Below are positions 15,910 to 32,814 of a stretch of 64,000 nucleotides of DNA, in pieces (positions within the stretch are counted from its first letter, which is position 1; the number at the start of each line of letters is the position of its first letter). This DNA comes from Eledone cirrhosa (Eukaryota), in contig OZ024743.1 of NCBI GenBank assembly GCA_964016885.1, positions 274,970,001 through 275,034,000 of the forward strand. The letters are read 5' to 3'. The translations under genes and the position numbers were made by a program. The notes under the pieces were generated by a model. It ran no database searches. It was given only the letters and a program-made list of their open reading frames with translations, and was not told where the DNA came from.

Positions 15910-16520
15910 TAGTGGCTGCCAACTCGTTTTCGAGTACGGCCACTACTTTATATCCATGTAGGAGAACTCCTACCGATGCGCTGAACGAGTGTGACTTTTT
16001 AGTCCAGCCAGCGACTTGAAAACTCTGGTACAAACATTACACTTGTGACAATTATTGACACATAGTGCTGGGCCCATGGTACCAGGTGATGACAAGTGCA
16101 GAGAGATCTCCAGACATAAAGCAATGCCTGTGCCGTGAAGCTTTTATAGTGAGCAAAAGTATTGCACAAAGCCAGTCCCACTCTCTTAACCAAGATGATA
16201 TTTACCAAAAAGAAGAACAAGTCAACATCATTGGATACCATCAGAGTTGCAGGTGTTATATCAGAGTTTTCCTTCTCCTAGAATTCTGCCTTGACAAAGG
16301 CTAAGGGGTCATCTCTCCCGGTGATTTTGGATGGCCATTGACTCTTAAGAGCTCCTTTGCCCTTTGACAGGTTTTGTTTTTAGTCCTGCTGGATGTCCAA
16401 AGTCACCCTCCTCACCAAGAAACCTTGGTGGGGTTGCCAGTTTAGTCGCCAACGACCCAGCCATGAGACAGGTTGTACTGGCATACATGTTACCAGTAGC
16501 ACCAACTGGTGACCTGACAT
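15910..16520 (-). mobile_element. ~610-bp non-autonomous RTE derivative, copy 1
   Basis: Near-identical to 16610-17218 and 23528-24130; RTE-like 3' end and (ATGT)n tail. Confidence 0.8.
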
Positions 16521-16609
16521 ACATACATAAATATATACATACACACATAAATAAATACATACATATATACATACATACATATATATATACATATATATAC
16601 ATACATATA

Positions 16610-17218
16610 TGGTGGTTGCCAACTTGTTTTCGAGTACGGCCACTACTTTATATCCATGTAGGAGAACCCCTACTGATGCGCTGAACAAGTGTGACTTTTT
16701 AGTCCAGCCAGCGACTTGAAAACTCTGGTACAAACACTACACTTGTGACAATTACTGACACATAGTGCTGGGCCCATGGTACCAGGTGATGACAAGTGCA
16801 GAGAGATCTCCAGATATAAAGCAATGCCTGTGCCGTGAAGCTTTTATAGTGAGCAAAGGCACTGCACAAAGCCAGTCCCACTCTCTTAACCAAGTTGATA
16901 TTTACCAAAAAGAAGAACAAGTCAACATCATTAGATACCATCAGGGTTGCAGGTGTTATATCAGAGTTTTCCTTCTCCTAGAATTCTGCCTTGACAAAGG
17001 CTAAGGGGTCATCTCTCCCGGATATTTTGGATGGCCATTGACTCTTAAGAGCTCCTTTGCTCTTTGACAGGTTTTGTTTTTAGTCCTGCAGGATGTCCAA
17101 AGTCACCCTTCTCACCAAGAAACCTTGGTGGGGTTGCCAGTTTAGTCGCCAACGACCCGACCATGAGACAGGTGTACTGGGATACATGTTACCAGTAGCA
17201 CCAACTGGTGACCTGACA
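16610..17218 (-). mobile_element. ~610-bp non-autonomous RTE derivative, copy 2
   Basis: Tandem with copy 1, separated by an (ATAC)n-like tail. Confidence 0.8.
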
Positions 17219-17509
17219 TATACACACATATATACATACATACGTACATACATACACAGATACGTACGTACACACATACATACATACATACATACATACA
17301 TACATACATACATGCATACATACATACATACATACATACACAGATACGTACATACATACATACATACGTACATGCATCCATGCATACATATACGCAAACG
17401 AATACATCAATGCATGCATACATAAATGCTTACATGCATATATGGATACATACATACATAGTATTAGCATCCCCATTGATTTGTCTACAGAAACCAAATC
17501 CCCCATATT

Positions 17510-17609
<100 letters not shown>

Positions 17610-17846
17610 GCCCGCATACATGTGTGTACTAGTATCGTTATATGTGTAAGTCTAAATGTGTGCGATTTTAAAGGTAAACTGTGTAAAGTAACGAAGACTT
17701 TTGTGCCTCTGTTGTCTCTTTGAACTATATTTTCCCCGCTTACACGGCAATCTTTCTATTTAGAACCTCTATATTTACCTACGTCTTTTGACTGCTCTAT
17801 TCACTATTCTGTCCAGCCAGCGGATTACCCAAGGACCTCGAATTTT

Positions 17847-17919
<73 letters not shown>

Positions 17920-18601
17920 GTTAACATATACATAAAGTTATAGATATATACATGTTGCAACTGGTCACTTTTAAGCTCTATAAAGAATTAATAAATTAAA
18001 AAATTAAAAAAATCAGAGCATTATATTATAAATCATGTCTTTAGAATCATCAGATAATAAAATATATACTATTTCTTCTTCTAATTAGCATAACTAACCA
18101 TATAAAAAATCAATCAGAACAAGCTATAAGAATAAATACTCTTATCGGAAAATCTCCGACAAATAACCGAACGTAGCCTCTTCGCGGCGGCCTCAATCGA
18201 GTATTTATCCAACATTTCGACAGCATGTAGAAATTGACTAAATCTACCATCAACCATACACAATTAGGTGTAAAATTAAACTTAGAAGAAATGCGCACAT
18301 ACCGTAATTATATCTCTACCAATTGTTTCTTCCTTATTTTAGACATCCAAATAATAGGAATGTCCTGAGTTAGGATTCATCAGGAGACAAACTCAAAATC
18401 AGACATCTAGTTTTTCAATCCGATCTTTTTACAGTGGTAATAAATAGCCGAACTTTTCAAGGGGTAATTCGATATATGGGAAGATTGTATTTGTCAAAAT
18501 GATTGGTCAAAATGATTGGTCAAAATTTCTTGTAAACACAATTAAACCTTGCATGGGTGGCTGAACTTTCCTGTAGAGCAATGAGCGCGTGGGTGGAAAT
18601 A

Positions 18602-18693
18602 CCCCTTGAAAAGTTCGGCTATTTATTACCACGCTAAAAATCTAATTTAGTCAAGAAATAGCCCTCGAAACGGCTTGAGCTCTGTCGTCGGGT
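18602..18693 (+). ncRNA. Type I hammerhead, U3-A8 variant (mirror copy at 19948-20040, minus strand)
   Basis: cccc TTGAAAA g..ggctattt..aaatagcc..c GAAA cggcttgagctctgtcg TC gggt. Confidence 0.65.
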
Positions 18694-18804
18694 TGTTGAA
18701 CATTTTTTCTTATATACATATATATATATACAGGGTGACCCAAAAGTCGCGATACATAAAATAATATTTATGTTTTATAAGAAACTATATATATATATAT
18801 ATAT

Positions 18805-18900
<96 letters not shown>

Positions 18901-19496
18901 CGTAAAATAAGAACATTTAAAAAAAATTTTTTTAAATTAACTTACTTACTTAAATTTTCACTCCAACTAATTAGTTTCTGCAATGGGATAAAGACAGTTA
19001 CGTAATGAACTGTTGAGAATTTCATTGCGTCATCAGGGAGGTCTATTCTCAGCCAAGTCTCCAGGCAATGCGCGGACACTGGGGACTCATATAAAAATAA
19101 TAATAATTCGGTAAATGGAACAGCTATCGAGGACTGGATTCCAGGCACTGAAAATTCTCACTGCCACTGGTCAAATGGCCGATTCTAAAGAATCAATCAC
19201 GTGACACAGAGGCTAGTCAGTAGGAATGGGATGGTAAGATGACAGACGCCTACTAACACCCCCCCCCAAAAAATTTAGTAGTGGTTTTGGCAGGTTTGCT
19301 CGACAAATCAGTGATTTGGAGATAAATATAGATAATTTAATATATCTACTAACATAAGCGCACAGATGTACGCTAATGCCAGCAAATACACAGGTTATGT
19401 CATAGTACCTAGGTGGTTCAATGCAGGAGGATGCAGAACAATAATATAAAAGACGTAAAATAAGAAAATTGCCTGGAGACTTGGCTGAGAATAGAC

Positions 19497-19576
19497 CTCC
19501 CTGATGACGCAATGAAATTCTCAACAGTTCATTACGTAACTGTCTTTATCCCATTGCAGAAACTAATTAGTTGGAG
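19497..19576 (+). ncRNA. Type I hammerhead ribozyme (mirror copy at 18961-19040, minus strand)
   Basis: ctcc CTGATGA cgcaatg..cattgca GAAA ctaattag TT ggag; palindromic stem III. Confidence 0.8.
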
Positions 19577-19755
19577 TGAAAATTTAAGTAAGTTAATTTT
19601 TTTTAATTTTTTTTAAAAATTTTCTTATTTTACGTCTTTTATATTATTGTTCTGCATCCTCCTGCATTGAACCACCTAGGTACTATGACATAACCTGTGT
19701 ATTTGCTGGCATTAGCGTACATCTGTGCGCTTATGTTAGTAGATATATTAAATTA

Positions 19756-19835
<80 letters not shown>

Positions 19836-20240
19836 ATATACATATATTTATATAGTTTCTTATAAAACATATAATTTATTTATATATCGCGACTTTTGGG
19901 TCACCCTGTATATATATATATATGTATATAGGAAAAAATGTTCAAGAACCCGACGACAGAGCTCAAGCCGTTTCGAGGGCTATTTCTTGACTAAATTAGA
20001 TTTTTAGCGTGGTAATAAATAGCCGAACTTTTCAAGGGGTATTTCCACCCACGCGCTCATTGCTCTACAGGAAAGTTCAGCCACCCATGCAAGGTTTAAT
20101 TGTGTTTACAAGAAATTTTGACCAATCCTTTTAAGAAAATAAGACTCCAGTTGCATTTTCGATTTCATCTCTTTTTCTTTATACTTTTACTCGTGTAGGA
20201 CACCTCGGTTATTTTTCATTTTGTAAAAAAACCCTCACTT

Positions 20241-20303
<63 letters not shown>

Positions 20304-20307
20304 GAGG

Positions 20308-20389
<82 letters not shown>

Positions 20390-20634
20390 TATGTATGTAT
20401 TTATATATATATATTTATGTTTAAATTCCAGTTCACCCACACCACCTCAACCCACCCCCATCACCCCCATTCCAGACCTCCAATAACATTTCAATATTTC
20501 AACTTCTCTTTGGCGGTGGAAGGTTGCTCCAGCTCGGTCTCATACTCTATTGTCACTTTTGGACGTCTTTTTGACATTTTCTTTGTTTTTCCTTTGTGAT
20601 GTTCTGCTGATAACGATGATGGTGCTTTATATAG

Positions 20635-20710
<76 letters not shown>

Positions 20711-20714
<4 letters not shown>

Positions 20715-21272
20715 GTAAGTATGTATACGTACATATATATATGTATACAGACGTACGTACAGTAGTATGTATATATATACATACATGCACACATATATAT
20801 ATATATGTACGTATGGGTTTACCGAACATTTATTATAATGTTCGGTTTGTTTGTAAACAAACAGCCCGAATTAAGCCGTACAGTGTTCGGCAACCATCGT
20901 CGCCCTTTTGTTCAACACTGACAAAGAAACGATGAACTAGTTTCAAGCTTATTAGCTATCGTCAGCATCGTATACCTTCCTGTCAGATGATTGAATGTTT
21001 GAAAGTATATACTTTCCTTATGCTGACGATAGCTAATAAGCTTGAAACTAGTTCATCGTTCCTTTGTCAGTGTTGAACAAAAGGGCGACGATGGTTGCCG
21101 AACACTGTACGGCTTAATTCAGGCTGTTGGTTTACAAACAAACCGAACATTATAATAAATGTTCGGTAAAACCATACGTAAATATATATATATGTGCATG
21201 TATGTATATATATACATACTACTGTACGTCTGTATACATATATCTATGTACATACGTATACATACTTACATT
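20711..21272. mobile_element. Head-to-head fold-back with HHR at 21020-21056 (+)
   Basis: 20711-20970 mirrors 21020-21272; atg CTGACGA tagc..gctt GAAA ctag TT cat. Confidence 0.8.
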
Positions 21273-21325
21273 TAAGTATCAGCCGTACTAAGAGTGAGAA
21301 ATGAAATTTCATTTCATTCTTCTCC

Positions 21326-21410
<85 letters not shown>

Positions 21411-21411
21411 C

Positions 21412-21626
<215 letters not shown>

Positions 21627-21677
21627 TATATATATATGTGTATATATATGTGTGTCTGTGTGTGTGTGTATATGTAC

Positions 21678-21723
<46 letters not shown>

Positions 21724-21935
21724 AATAGTGAAGTTAGTAAAATCGAAGTTGCGGCGCTGGGCCAGCATCCACGAAAGAAACAATGTTCGGAGCTTTACAC
21801 GAAGCACTCAATAAGAAGATCGATAAATCGATAAATTACATGTTAGAGTAATAAACATACGTTAAATGGCGTTATAAATTGAAAACTGTGGTTAAGGGGA
21901 CCGAAGCCACCACAACAACAAAAATACAATCAGGT

Positions 21936-22010
<75 letters not shown>

Positions 22011-22098
22011 CATATATATATAACCATACTCTACTATCCCAAATATCGAGTACTCTATTGAGTAATGGGTGAACCAGTTTCAAACTGAATCCAGCCTG

Positions 22099-22141
<43 letters not shown>

Positions 22142-22143
22142 TG

Positions 22144-22200
<57 letters not shown>

Positions 22201-22364
22201 TAATAATAATAAATGTGAAGACTAAAATCCAAAGAGGGCTCGATAAGGATAAATATATATCAAATATATAAGAAACCTAGAGCAAATATTTATTAAAATA
22301 ACAATTTCAGAAGATCCCGTTAAGGGTGAAAGCAGCGATTCTTTGCTTAAACTTTAATCTGTTA

Positions 22365-22401
<37 letters not shown>

Positions 22402-23044
22402 TATATAGCGCATATAAACAAATACATTTTCTTTAACAGCCTTGGTGTTGTTGGTGAATCTAGATGTTGATACAAACAATAAATATCTTATACAACTTTT
22501 ATATATGCATATACACATGCTTATTAACATACGTACCTGTATGCATTTTTTATTCGTTAGAGATAACAAATATATAGCAGTGTTCATGTTCTTTGGTTTT
22601 ATTATACAGAAACTACGTAATATGTCAGCTGCATTTACACATTCAGATATGTTCGACCACATCCCCCAAAAGGCCACCCTACTTATTATCAAGGAATCTT
22701 TCACCAACACTCTCCATTCTCTGGCACACAAGTATATAGTTTCCTCTCTCTACCCATACTATAATGGCTTTCTCTACCCATACTATAAATGCTCCGTGAT
22801 CTGTTCCATTTCATTCACCTGTCTTCCCCCTGTCGTCACCCAAATTATAGGCCTACACAAACCACTGCGTTTATTTCGTTTTCATCGGTACGTAAACCCT
22901 CTAAAATTCTTATCTGGTAGTTCATTTACCTGCAGTAGTCAACTGGTAACAGTTACCCACGCCGTTTTTACTGATCTCACAAATTCTGCGAGGTCTAATG
23001 GGATCACCCACTTCCTCAAGACGCCGTCACTTCCTGAAGCCTCG

Positions 23045-23200
23045 TAGTTTCAGTCAATGGTTGAGGGCCATACTGGGGCACCGCCTCGAAGGGATTATTC
23101 GATCATATCACTCCAGTACATATTTTATCATTCTTTTTTTTTTGTCGAAACGTTAAGTTACGAAATATAAGCACGGACACAAACGTAAACACGTGTAAAG
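23045..23200 (+). mobile_element. Degenerate octopus-type SINE/repeat fragment
   Basis: ttcagtca..ggccatactggggcaccgcc..cgttaagttacg motif; related decayed copy at ~37910-38050. Confidence 0.5.
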
Positions 23201-23204
23201 ACAC

Positions 23205-23289
<85 letters not shown>

Positions 23290-23527
23290 TCTCCCAAAAT
23301 AAGCTCAAAGAAAAAATTCGAAGAATAACTCCGACCATTTAATCATTACAAAATAGTGAATGACATATATATATAAATACAAGATAAATGGAAAGTAAAG
23401 AGTGATAATAGGAAGGAACGAGGAAAAGAGGGGAAAAATGTGAATAAAAAAAACGCACGTGCGTATTCAGTCGGCCATCTTGATATATATATATATATGT
23501 ATATATATGTATGTATATATATGTATG

Positions 23528-24130
23528 TCAGGTCACCAGTTGGTGCTACTGGTAACATGTATCCCAGTACAACCTGTCTCATGGTCGGGTCGTTGGCGAC
23601 TAAACTGGCAACTCCACCAAGGTTTCTTGGTGAGGAGGGTGACTTTGGACATCCTGCACGACTAAAAACAAAACCTGTCAAAGGACAAAGGAGCTCTTAA
23701 GAGTCAATGGCCATCCAAAATCACCGGGAGAGATGACCCCTTAGCCTTTGTCAAGGCAGAATTCTAGGAGAAGGAAAACTCTGATATAACACATGCAACC
23801 CTGATGGTATCCAATGATGTTGACTTCTTCTTCTTTTTGGTAAATATCATCTTGGTTAAGAGAGTGGGACTGGCTTTGTGCAGTGCCTTTGCTCACTATA
23901 AAAGCTTCACGGCACAGGCATTGCTTTATATCTGGAGATCTCTCTGCACTTGTCATCACATGGTTCCATGGACCCAGCACTATGTGTCAATAATTGTCAC
24001 AGGTGTAGTGTTTGTACCAGAGTTTCAAGTCGCTGGCTGGACTAAAAAGTCACACTCGTTCAGCGCATCTGTAGGGGTTCTACATGGATATAAAGTAGTG
24101 GCCGTACTCGAAAACGAGTTGGCAGCCACC
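23528..24130 (+). mobile_element. ~610-bp non-autonomous RTE derivative, copy 3
   Basis: Reverse complement of copies 1 and 2, with the same ends. Confidence 0.8.
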
Positions 24131-24164
<34 letters not shown>

Positions 24165-24188
24165 GTATGTATATATATATACATATAC

Positions 24189-24260
<72 letters not shown>

Positions 24261-24867
24261 CAGGACTAGAACTGTTTCATTCGGAAGAATATGTATACAC
24301 ATAATCATGCATGCGTATACGACGGGCGTGTGGCTGGTTGGTTAGAGAACTGGATTCGCAATCGTGAGGTTGTCAGTTTGATTCCTAGACCGATATATAG
24401 TATTAGCAATGGGGAAAGACCAGCGGAAACATGGTTTCCTTGGTTCGGTTTGACGAAATTCGATCAACAAATTTTGTTTGCTCAGTTTCCGTGTACCAAA
24501 TTTCACAGCTATGTGATTGCAAATCAAGATCCTTAACGATTTCTGCACCTCTTTCGCTAGACGAACATTTCGTGAAATATTTAAAAGCAGTTCAAAAAAT
24601 GGTGGATATTTCTTGTGGTAAATATATGAGCAGAACTCCTAATCTACTTCGATTTTCATGGTTTGTACACGTTGAATCTTTAACACACGTGTGATTTTAT
24701 ACCCTAATTAATGTCTCACCTCCTTTTGGCTATGATCCAATAGTCGGTGACGAAAATATAATATTCACACACGAGACTTGGCAAAGAGCCGAAGTGATTA
24801 ATTTAACGGAAGTCAATCAACTTGTTTAATGCAACATTTTGTTTTATTATTATTATTGTTGATTTTG

Positions 24868-24899
<32 letters not shown>

Positions 24900-25275
24900 G
24901 GTGGTGGTGTTTTTGTTGTTTTTGTAATTGTTAGTATTATTTTATAGCTTTGTTTTGCTTTTCGTTTGTAAGGACACATCTTTACTCCAGCTATTTCTTT
25001 CTAATTATCGAAGGTTGTAAGCCTAACGAAGATTAAAACGGACAGAATTTAAAGTTGCAGGAAATTCCTGGCATTTCCGTTTGTCTGCAGAGAATGAGAA
25101 GGCAAAATCCCATGAAGGAAGGAAGCAACGAACGAATGAGAAGGTGAAATAGAGCGAGAGAGAAGAGAAGGAGGAGGGAGAGTGGGGGGAGAGAGAGAGG
25201 GGGAGAGACCGAGAAGGAAAACATAAGTAAGAGTGAAATAAGGAAGAGGAAGAGTAGCTTCTATCAAACATGGCG

Positions 25276-27577
<2,302 letters not shown>

Positions 27578-27671
27578 TGATAGATAGATAGTTATAGATT
27601 CATATATATATTATATATATATATCTATATATATATATATTATGTATATATATATATATATATATATATTA

Positions 27672-27718
<47 letters not shown>

Positions 27719-27755
27719 ATACTTACTTGATATATATATATATATATTATATGTA

Positions 27756-27841
<86 letters not shown>

Positions 27842-28479
27842 CGTGTGTGTACACAGAGAAATAGGGACATCCAGGACCAAATCTAGTTCTGTTTGAGATA
27901 ACAGCTATTCAGGTAGCTCCAGCATCATTTTTATAACTCACGATAACGATAAATGACTTGCAAAGTACCCCAGGGTTTCTAGAGTTCCGGTAACCCAGCT
28001 TCGGATTCAGTAACCGTTAAACGGATGGGAATAACGTGTGTATATCTCTTTGAATAAGACGCCAGGCTATAGTTGGTGTGATTCCCTCAGGATCTCCTTC
28101 CTACATTTGTCTGTACAACTAGATGAACTGAAGCAAGTAGAATTAAAGTGTACTGCAAGAAAAAAAACTCATGTAGGGCCTAGGAACTCTCGATTTATAT
28201 ATAAATTGTTACTCTAGTAATACAGCTTATCTGTTTTTTACTTACCGTCATTTATTTATTTTTTTTTGTTTTGTTTATTAGTCGTTGGAGACGGATGACA
28301 TCTCTCACTTGCAAAAGCCTTTTTTTTTTCATACATTCTAACATAAAACAAAAATACAACTACATAATAAAATAAATCAAAACAACAGAAAAAGAAAGAA
28401 CCTTGATTTTTACCCTATGATCCCTAACTGTAGATTAAAGTGCATGACTGTGTCAGTGGGATGGGTGCGTGTGTGAGTA

Positions 28480-28556
<77 letters not shown>

Positions 28557-28659
28557 CTGTCTGTCTGTCTGTTGAGGGTGGGGGGTCATGGAGAGGAATT
28601 AACTGACATTATGGACGGCATGGCAAATACAAATACAAAAAATAACAGCTCTCGGTGAG

Positions 28660-28675
28660 TTTTGCTGCTGCTGCT

Positions 28676-28712
<37 letters not shown>

Positions 28713-28732
28713 TACTACTTCTACTACTACTT

Positions 28733-28771
<39 letters not shown>

Positions 28772-28783
28772 ATACCACTACTT

Positions 28784-28837
<54 letters not shown>

Positions 28838-28849
28838 ATACTACTACTT

Positions 28850-28881
<32 letters not shown>

Positions 28882-29021
28882 TCTTCTTCTACTACTACTA
28901 CTACTACTGCTGCTACTACTACTACTATTACTACTACTTCTACTACTACTACTACTACTTCTACTACTACTACTACTACTGCTACTACTACTACTTCTAC
29001 TACTACTACTACTACTACTAT

Positions 29022-29052
<31 letters not shown>

Positions 29053-29075
29053 ACAATTATTACTATTACTACTAA
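28660..29075. repeat. (CTA)n/(CTG)n trinucleotide microsatellite
   Basis: Direct reading; similar (TAG/CAG)n at 4421-4590. Confidence 0.95.
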
Positions 29076-29296
29076 TCCTGATAATAATGGTTTCTGATTT
29101 AGGCACAAGGCCAACAATTTGGTGAAGGAGAAAGTCGGAGAAATCGACTCCAGTGCATTACTGGTACTTTGTTATATCGACCCCGTAAGGATAATAATGA
29201 TTTCAAGTTTTTGGCACAAGTTCAGCAATTTTTGGAGGAAGACAGTTGATCATATCAACCCCAGTATTTGAATGGTACTTTATTTATCGACCAGGG

Positions 29297-29960
29297 TAGG
29301 TCCATGCTTGCCACTCTCGCCCACCTTTCAACAAAATGGCTGAAAGGCAGCCTTTCCCTCTCCACCTTGATTTACCTCTTCAAGTGAAATGTAAAGGAGT
29401 TGATGAGGGATTTGCCAAAGAGCAAAGTGTTTGTTCTCAGCCCTTTTAGTTGTGTCCACCATACGACCTCTTTCGCCATGGCCACCGGGCATATAAAACC
29501 TGCCTGCCCATCCCGGTTAAAGAGAGGCGGCGGGACGATCTTCACAATGGATTCAGTTGATAGCTGAATCCGTGCTACATGTGATAGTAGATGTTCGACA
29601 TAAACCCATAGGTCAACCAGTGCAGGAATGATGATTTCGTCGGCCTGCGCGCATCTCGGACATGCTCGGCTGACGGCGCTTCCATATCAGTGGAGTTTAT
29701 CTCGAACTGGCAAAGCTCTCCGGTAGCACTGCCATACCAGGGATTTCTGGAAATTATTCATCGGCCCTGGACCGAGAGTTCTCCGGAAAAGAGCGACTAG
29801 TTGCTCCTTTTCGACATCCAAAGTCTCCCCAAGAACGTCGTTGCTTTTCCCCCGCCACAACTCCTCTATAGAACAACTGGGTGGAGTTTCCACCGATGAC
29901 AGTGCCCGGCTTGCTGAATAGTGTGAGCATTTGAAGACATTCCAGTTTTCCGACTGAGCG
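29297..29960 (-). pseudogene. L1/Tx1-type LINE C-terminal (zf-RVT) fragment
   Basis: FQKSLVWQCYRRALPVRDKLH*YGSAVSRACPRC..LWVYVE..MAKEVVWW..FVERW. Confidence 0.7.
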
Positions 29961-30548
29961 GACTGGAGAAAAGTAAAGTAAATTGTGTTGCTCAAGAACA
30001 TAACTCACCGCCCAATCCGAGAAGAATCTAACTCACGGTTTAACGAGTGTACGCCTATCAGCTTAACCACTAAGGTATGCGTCTTAACAGAGAGAGGGGG
30101 GGGGAGACACACATACACACCACACACGCACACATAATATAGCTATGTCTACAACATATAATAGTACGATTTCTATAATTCAGCACGTTTTATTTAAATA
30201 GTATCGGAGCTTGGTCCTTGGTAAATACTATAGATGTCACACCCTCTAATCTGCATTGTACGCACATACATAAATACACACATACACATACATACATACA
30301 TACATACATACATACATACATACATACATACATACATACATACATACATACATACATACATACATACATACATACATACATACATACATACATACATACA
30401 TACCTGCATCTAGCGAATGTTATAGATTGGTAGATAAATATGTTTACATTTGAATATATAGATATAGATGCTATTATCAGTACATGTATACGTTTATCTA
30501 TATATGTGCGCATGTGTGTGTACATACACAGATATCTATCTATCTATC

Positions 30549-30579
<31 letters not shown>

Positions 30580-30581
30580 TG

Positions 30582-30613
<32 letters not shown>

Positions 30614-30615
30614 TT

Positions 30616-30646
<31 letters not shown>

Positions 30647-30899
30647 ATAAACACACATACAGATGCACATATATATATTATATTATGTGTATATATATAT
30701 ATATATATAATGTGTGTGTGTATATGTGTGTATGTATATATATATGTGTGTGTGTATATATATATATATGTGTGTATGTGCATGTGTATGTATATGTATA
30801 TATATATATATAATGTGTGTATGTATGTGTGTGGGTATATATATATATAGATATATATATATATATATGTATATATATACATATATATATATACACATA

Positions 30900-30944
<45 letters not shown>

Positions 30945-30956
30945 GCACACACATAC

Positions 30957-31023
<67 letters not shown>

Positions 31024-31121
31024 TACATATATATATATATGTATATATATACTTATATATACATATATGTACATATATATATATATATATATATATACGC
31101 ACACACATACATATATATATC

Positions 31122-31183
<62 letters not shown>

Positions 31184-31384
31184 TATATACATACGAGTGT
31201 GCACGACAGTGTACATGCATACATATACGTATGTATAACTATTTCGACATCCTTATATATGAGTGTTAGCATGTAAGGGAGGGGAATAGGAGGAGGTAAA
31301 TAAAGAGAATAAGGTGGTAGGGGGAAGAGATAGTAAAACAGATAGAAAGAAAATAGGTCTCGACTAGAATGATGTACATGATGT

Positions 31385-32140
31385 GTGGTGGTGGTGGTGG
31401 TGGTGGTGGTGGTGGTGGTGTGTGTGGTCGTGGTGGTGGTGGTGCTGGTGGTGGTGGTGGTGAGGGTGGTAGTGGTGGTGGCGGTGGTGCTGGTGGTGGC
31501 GGTGGTGGTGGTGGTGGTGGTGGTGGTGGTGGTGGTGGTGGTGGTGGTGGTGGTGGTGGTGGTGGTGGTGGTGGTGAGGGTGGTAGTGGTGGTGCTGGTG
31601 GTGCTGGTGCTGGTGCTGGTGGTGGTGGTGGTGGTGCTGGTGGTGGCGGTGGTGGTGGTGGTGGTGGTGGTGAGGGTGGTAGTGGTGGTGACGGTGGCGG
31701 TGGTGGTGGTGGTGGTGGTGGTGGTGGCGGTGGCGGTGGCCGTGGTGGTGGTGGTGGTGGTGGTGGTGGTGGTGGTGGTGGCGGTGGCGGTGGCCGTGGT
31801 GGTGGTGGTGGTGGTGGTGGTGGTGGTGGTGGTGGTGGTGAGGGTGGTAGTGGTGGTGGCGGTGGTGGTGGTGGTGAGGGTGGTAGTGGTGGTGGCGGTG
31901 GCGGTGGCCGTGGTGGTGGTGGTGCTGATGGTGGTGGTGGTGGTGGTGCTGGTGGTGGTGGTGGCGGTGGTGCTGGTGGTGGTGGTGGCGGTGGTGGTGA
32001 GGGTGGTAGTGGTGGTGGCGGTGGCGGTGGCCGTGGTGGTGGTGGTGGTGGTGGTAGTGGTGGTGGTGGTGGTGCTGGTGGTGCTGGTGGGGGTGGTAGT
32101 GGTGGTGGCGGCGGCGGTGGTGGTGGTGGTGGTGGTGGGA
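31385..32140. repeat. (GGT)n microsatellite with higher-order variants
   Basis: Direct reading. Confidence 0.95.
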
Positions 32141-32444
32141 GGTGATAGTAGTAGGTGTGGTAGGTGATGATGGTGGGAAAAATGCCAGTATGAAGAAGGA
32201 ACGGTGGGTTACAATAATCGACAGATGAAATAAGATTAGTAGAATAACCTCAGTAACAAAATATCGACACCCCAAGGCGAGGAATGGCAATATAAAGTGG
32301 GAGGTGCGAGTGTGGAAAGGGATGTTGTGTACAACGTATCGGTTGCTTTGAGAGGGGGACTTATCAGATCGCAATAGATTGCGGCTGATGCGAACTTAGA
32401 ACAGTGAAGTGATAGCACCGCAATTGCTCTTATGCTGTGTGTGC

Positions 32445-32475
<31 letters not shown>

Positions 32476-32613
32476 CCCCTGAGGAAATTTGTCAGACTTT
32501 TGATAGCGGTTGGGAAGGTTGTGGGGGCCGTGGAGATATGGAGTTGGAGTGGGATTGTGAGAGGACCGATTAATTCGTGTAGTCCACGCGTATTTCACAT
32601 GCGTGTTAGTGTG

Positions 32614-32654
<41 letters not shown>

Positions 32655-32777
32655 CACAAGAATCAAAGCTATAAGGTAGTAATAAATTATTACTGACCTT
32701 CACTGTTTAGGGTTTAAAATATACATAACTATAAAAAGTTTTAATATATAAATAACCATAAATAGTAGCCCTAATAT

Positions 32778-32814
<37 letters not shown>

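Larger units (their letters stand above)
18430..20128. repeat. Nested palindromic composite (pLTR arms, mariner-like ends, HHR unit)
   Basis: 18520-18790 mirrors 19850-20128; inner 18895-19068 mirrors 19468-19645. Confidence 0.8.

Noticed and set aside
22442-23047. 201-aa ORF
   Set aside because: No recognisable motif or splice context; probably decayed repeat sequence
31364-32374. Long His/Gly/Val-rich ORFs
   Set aside because: They are translations of (GGT)n; the same applies to 28599-29125 and 60290-61941
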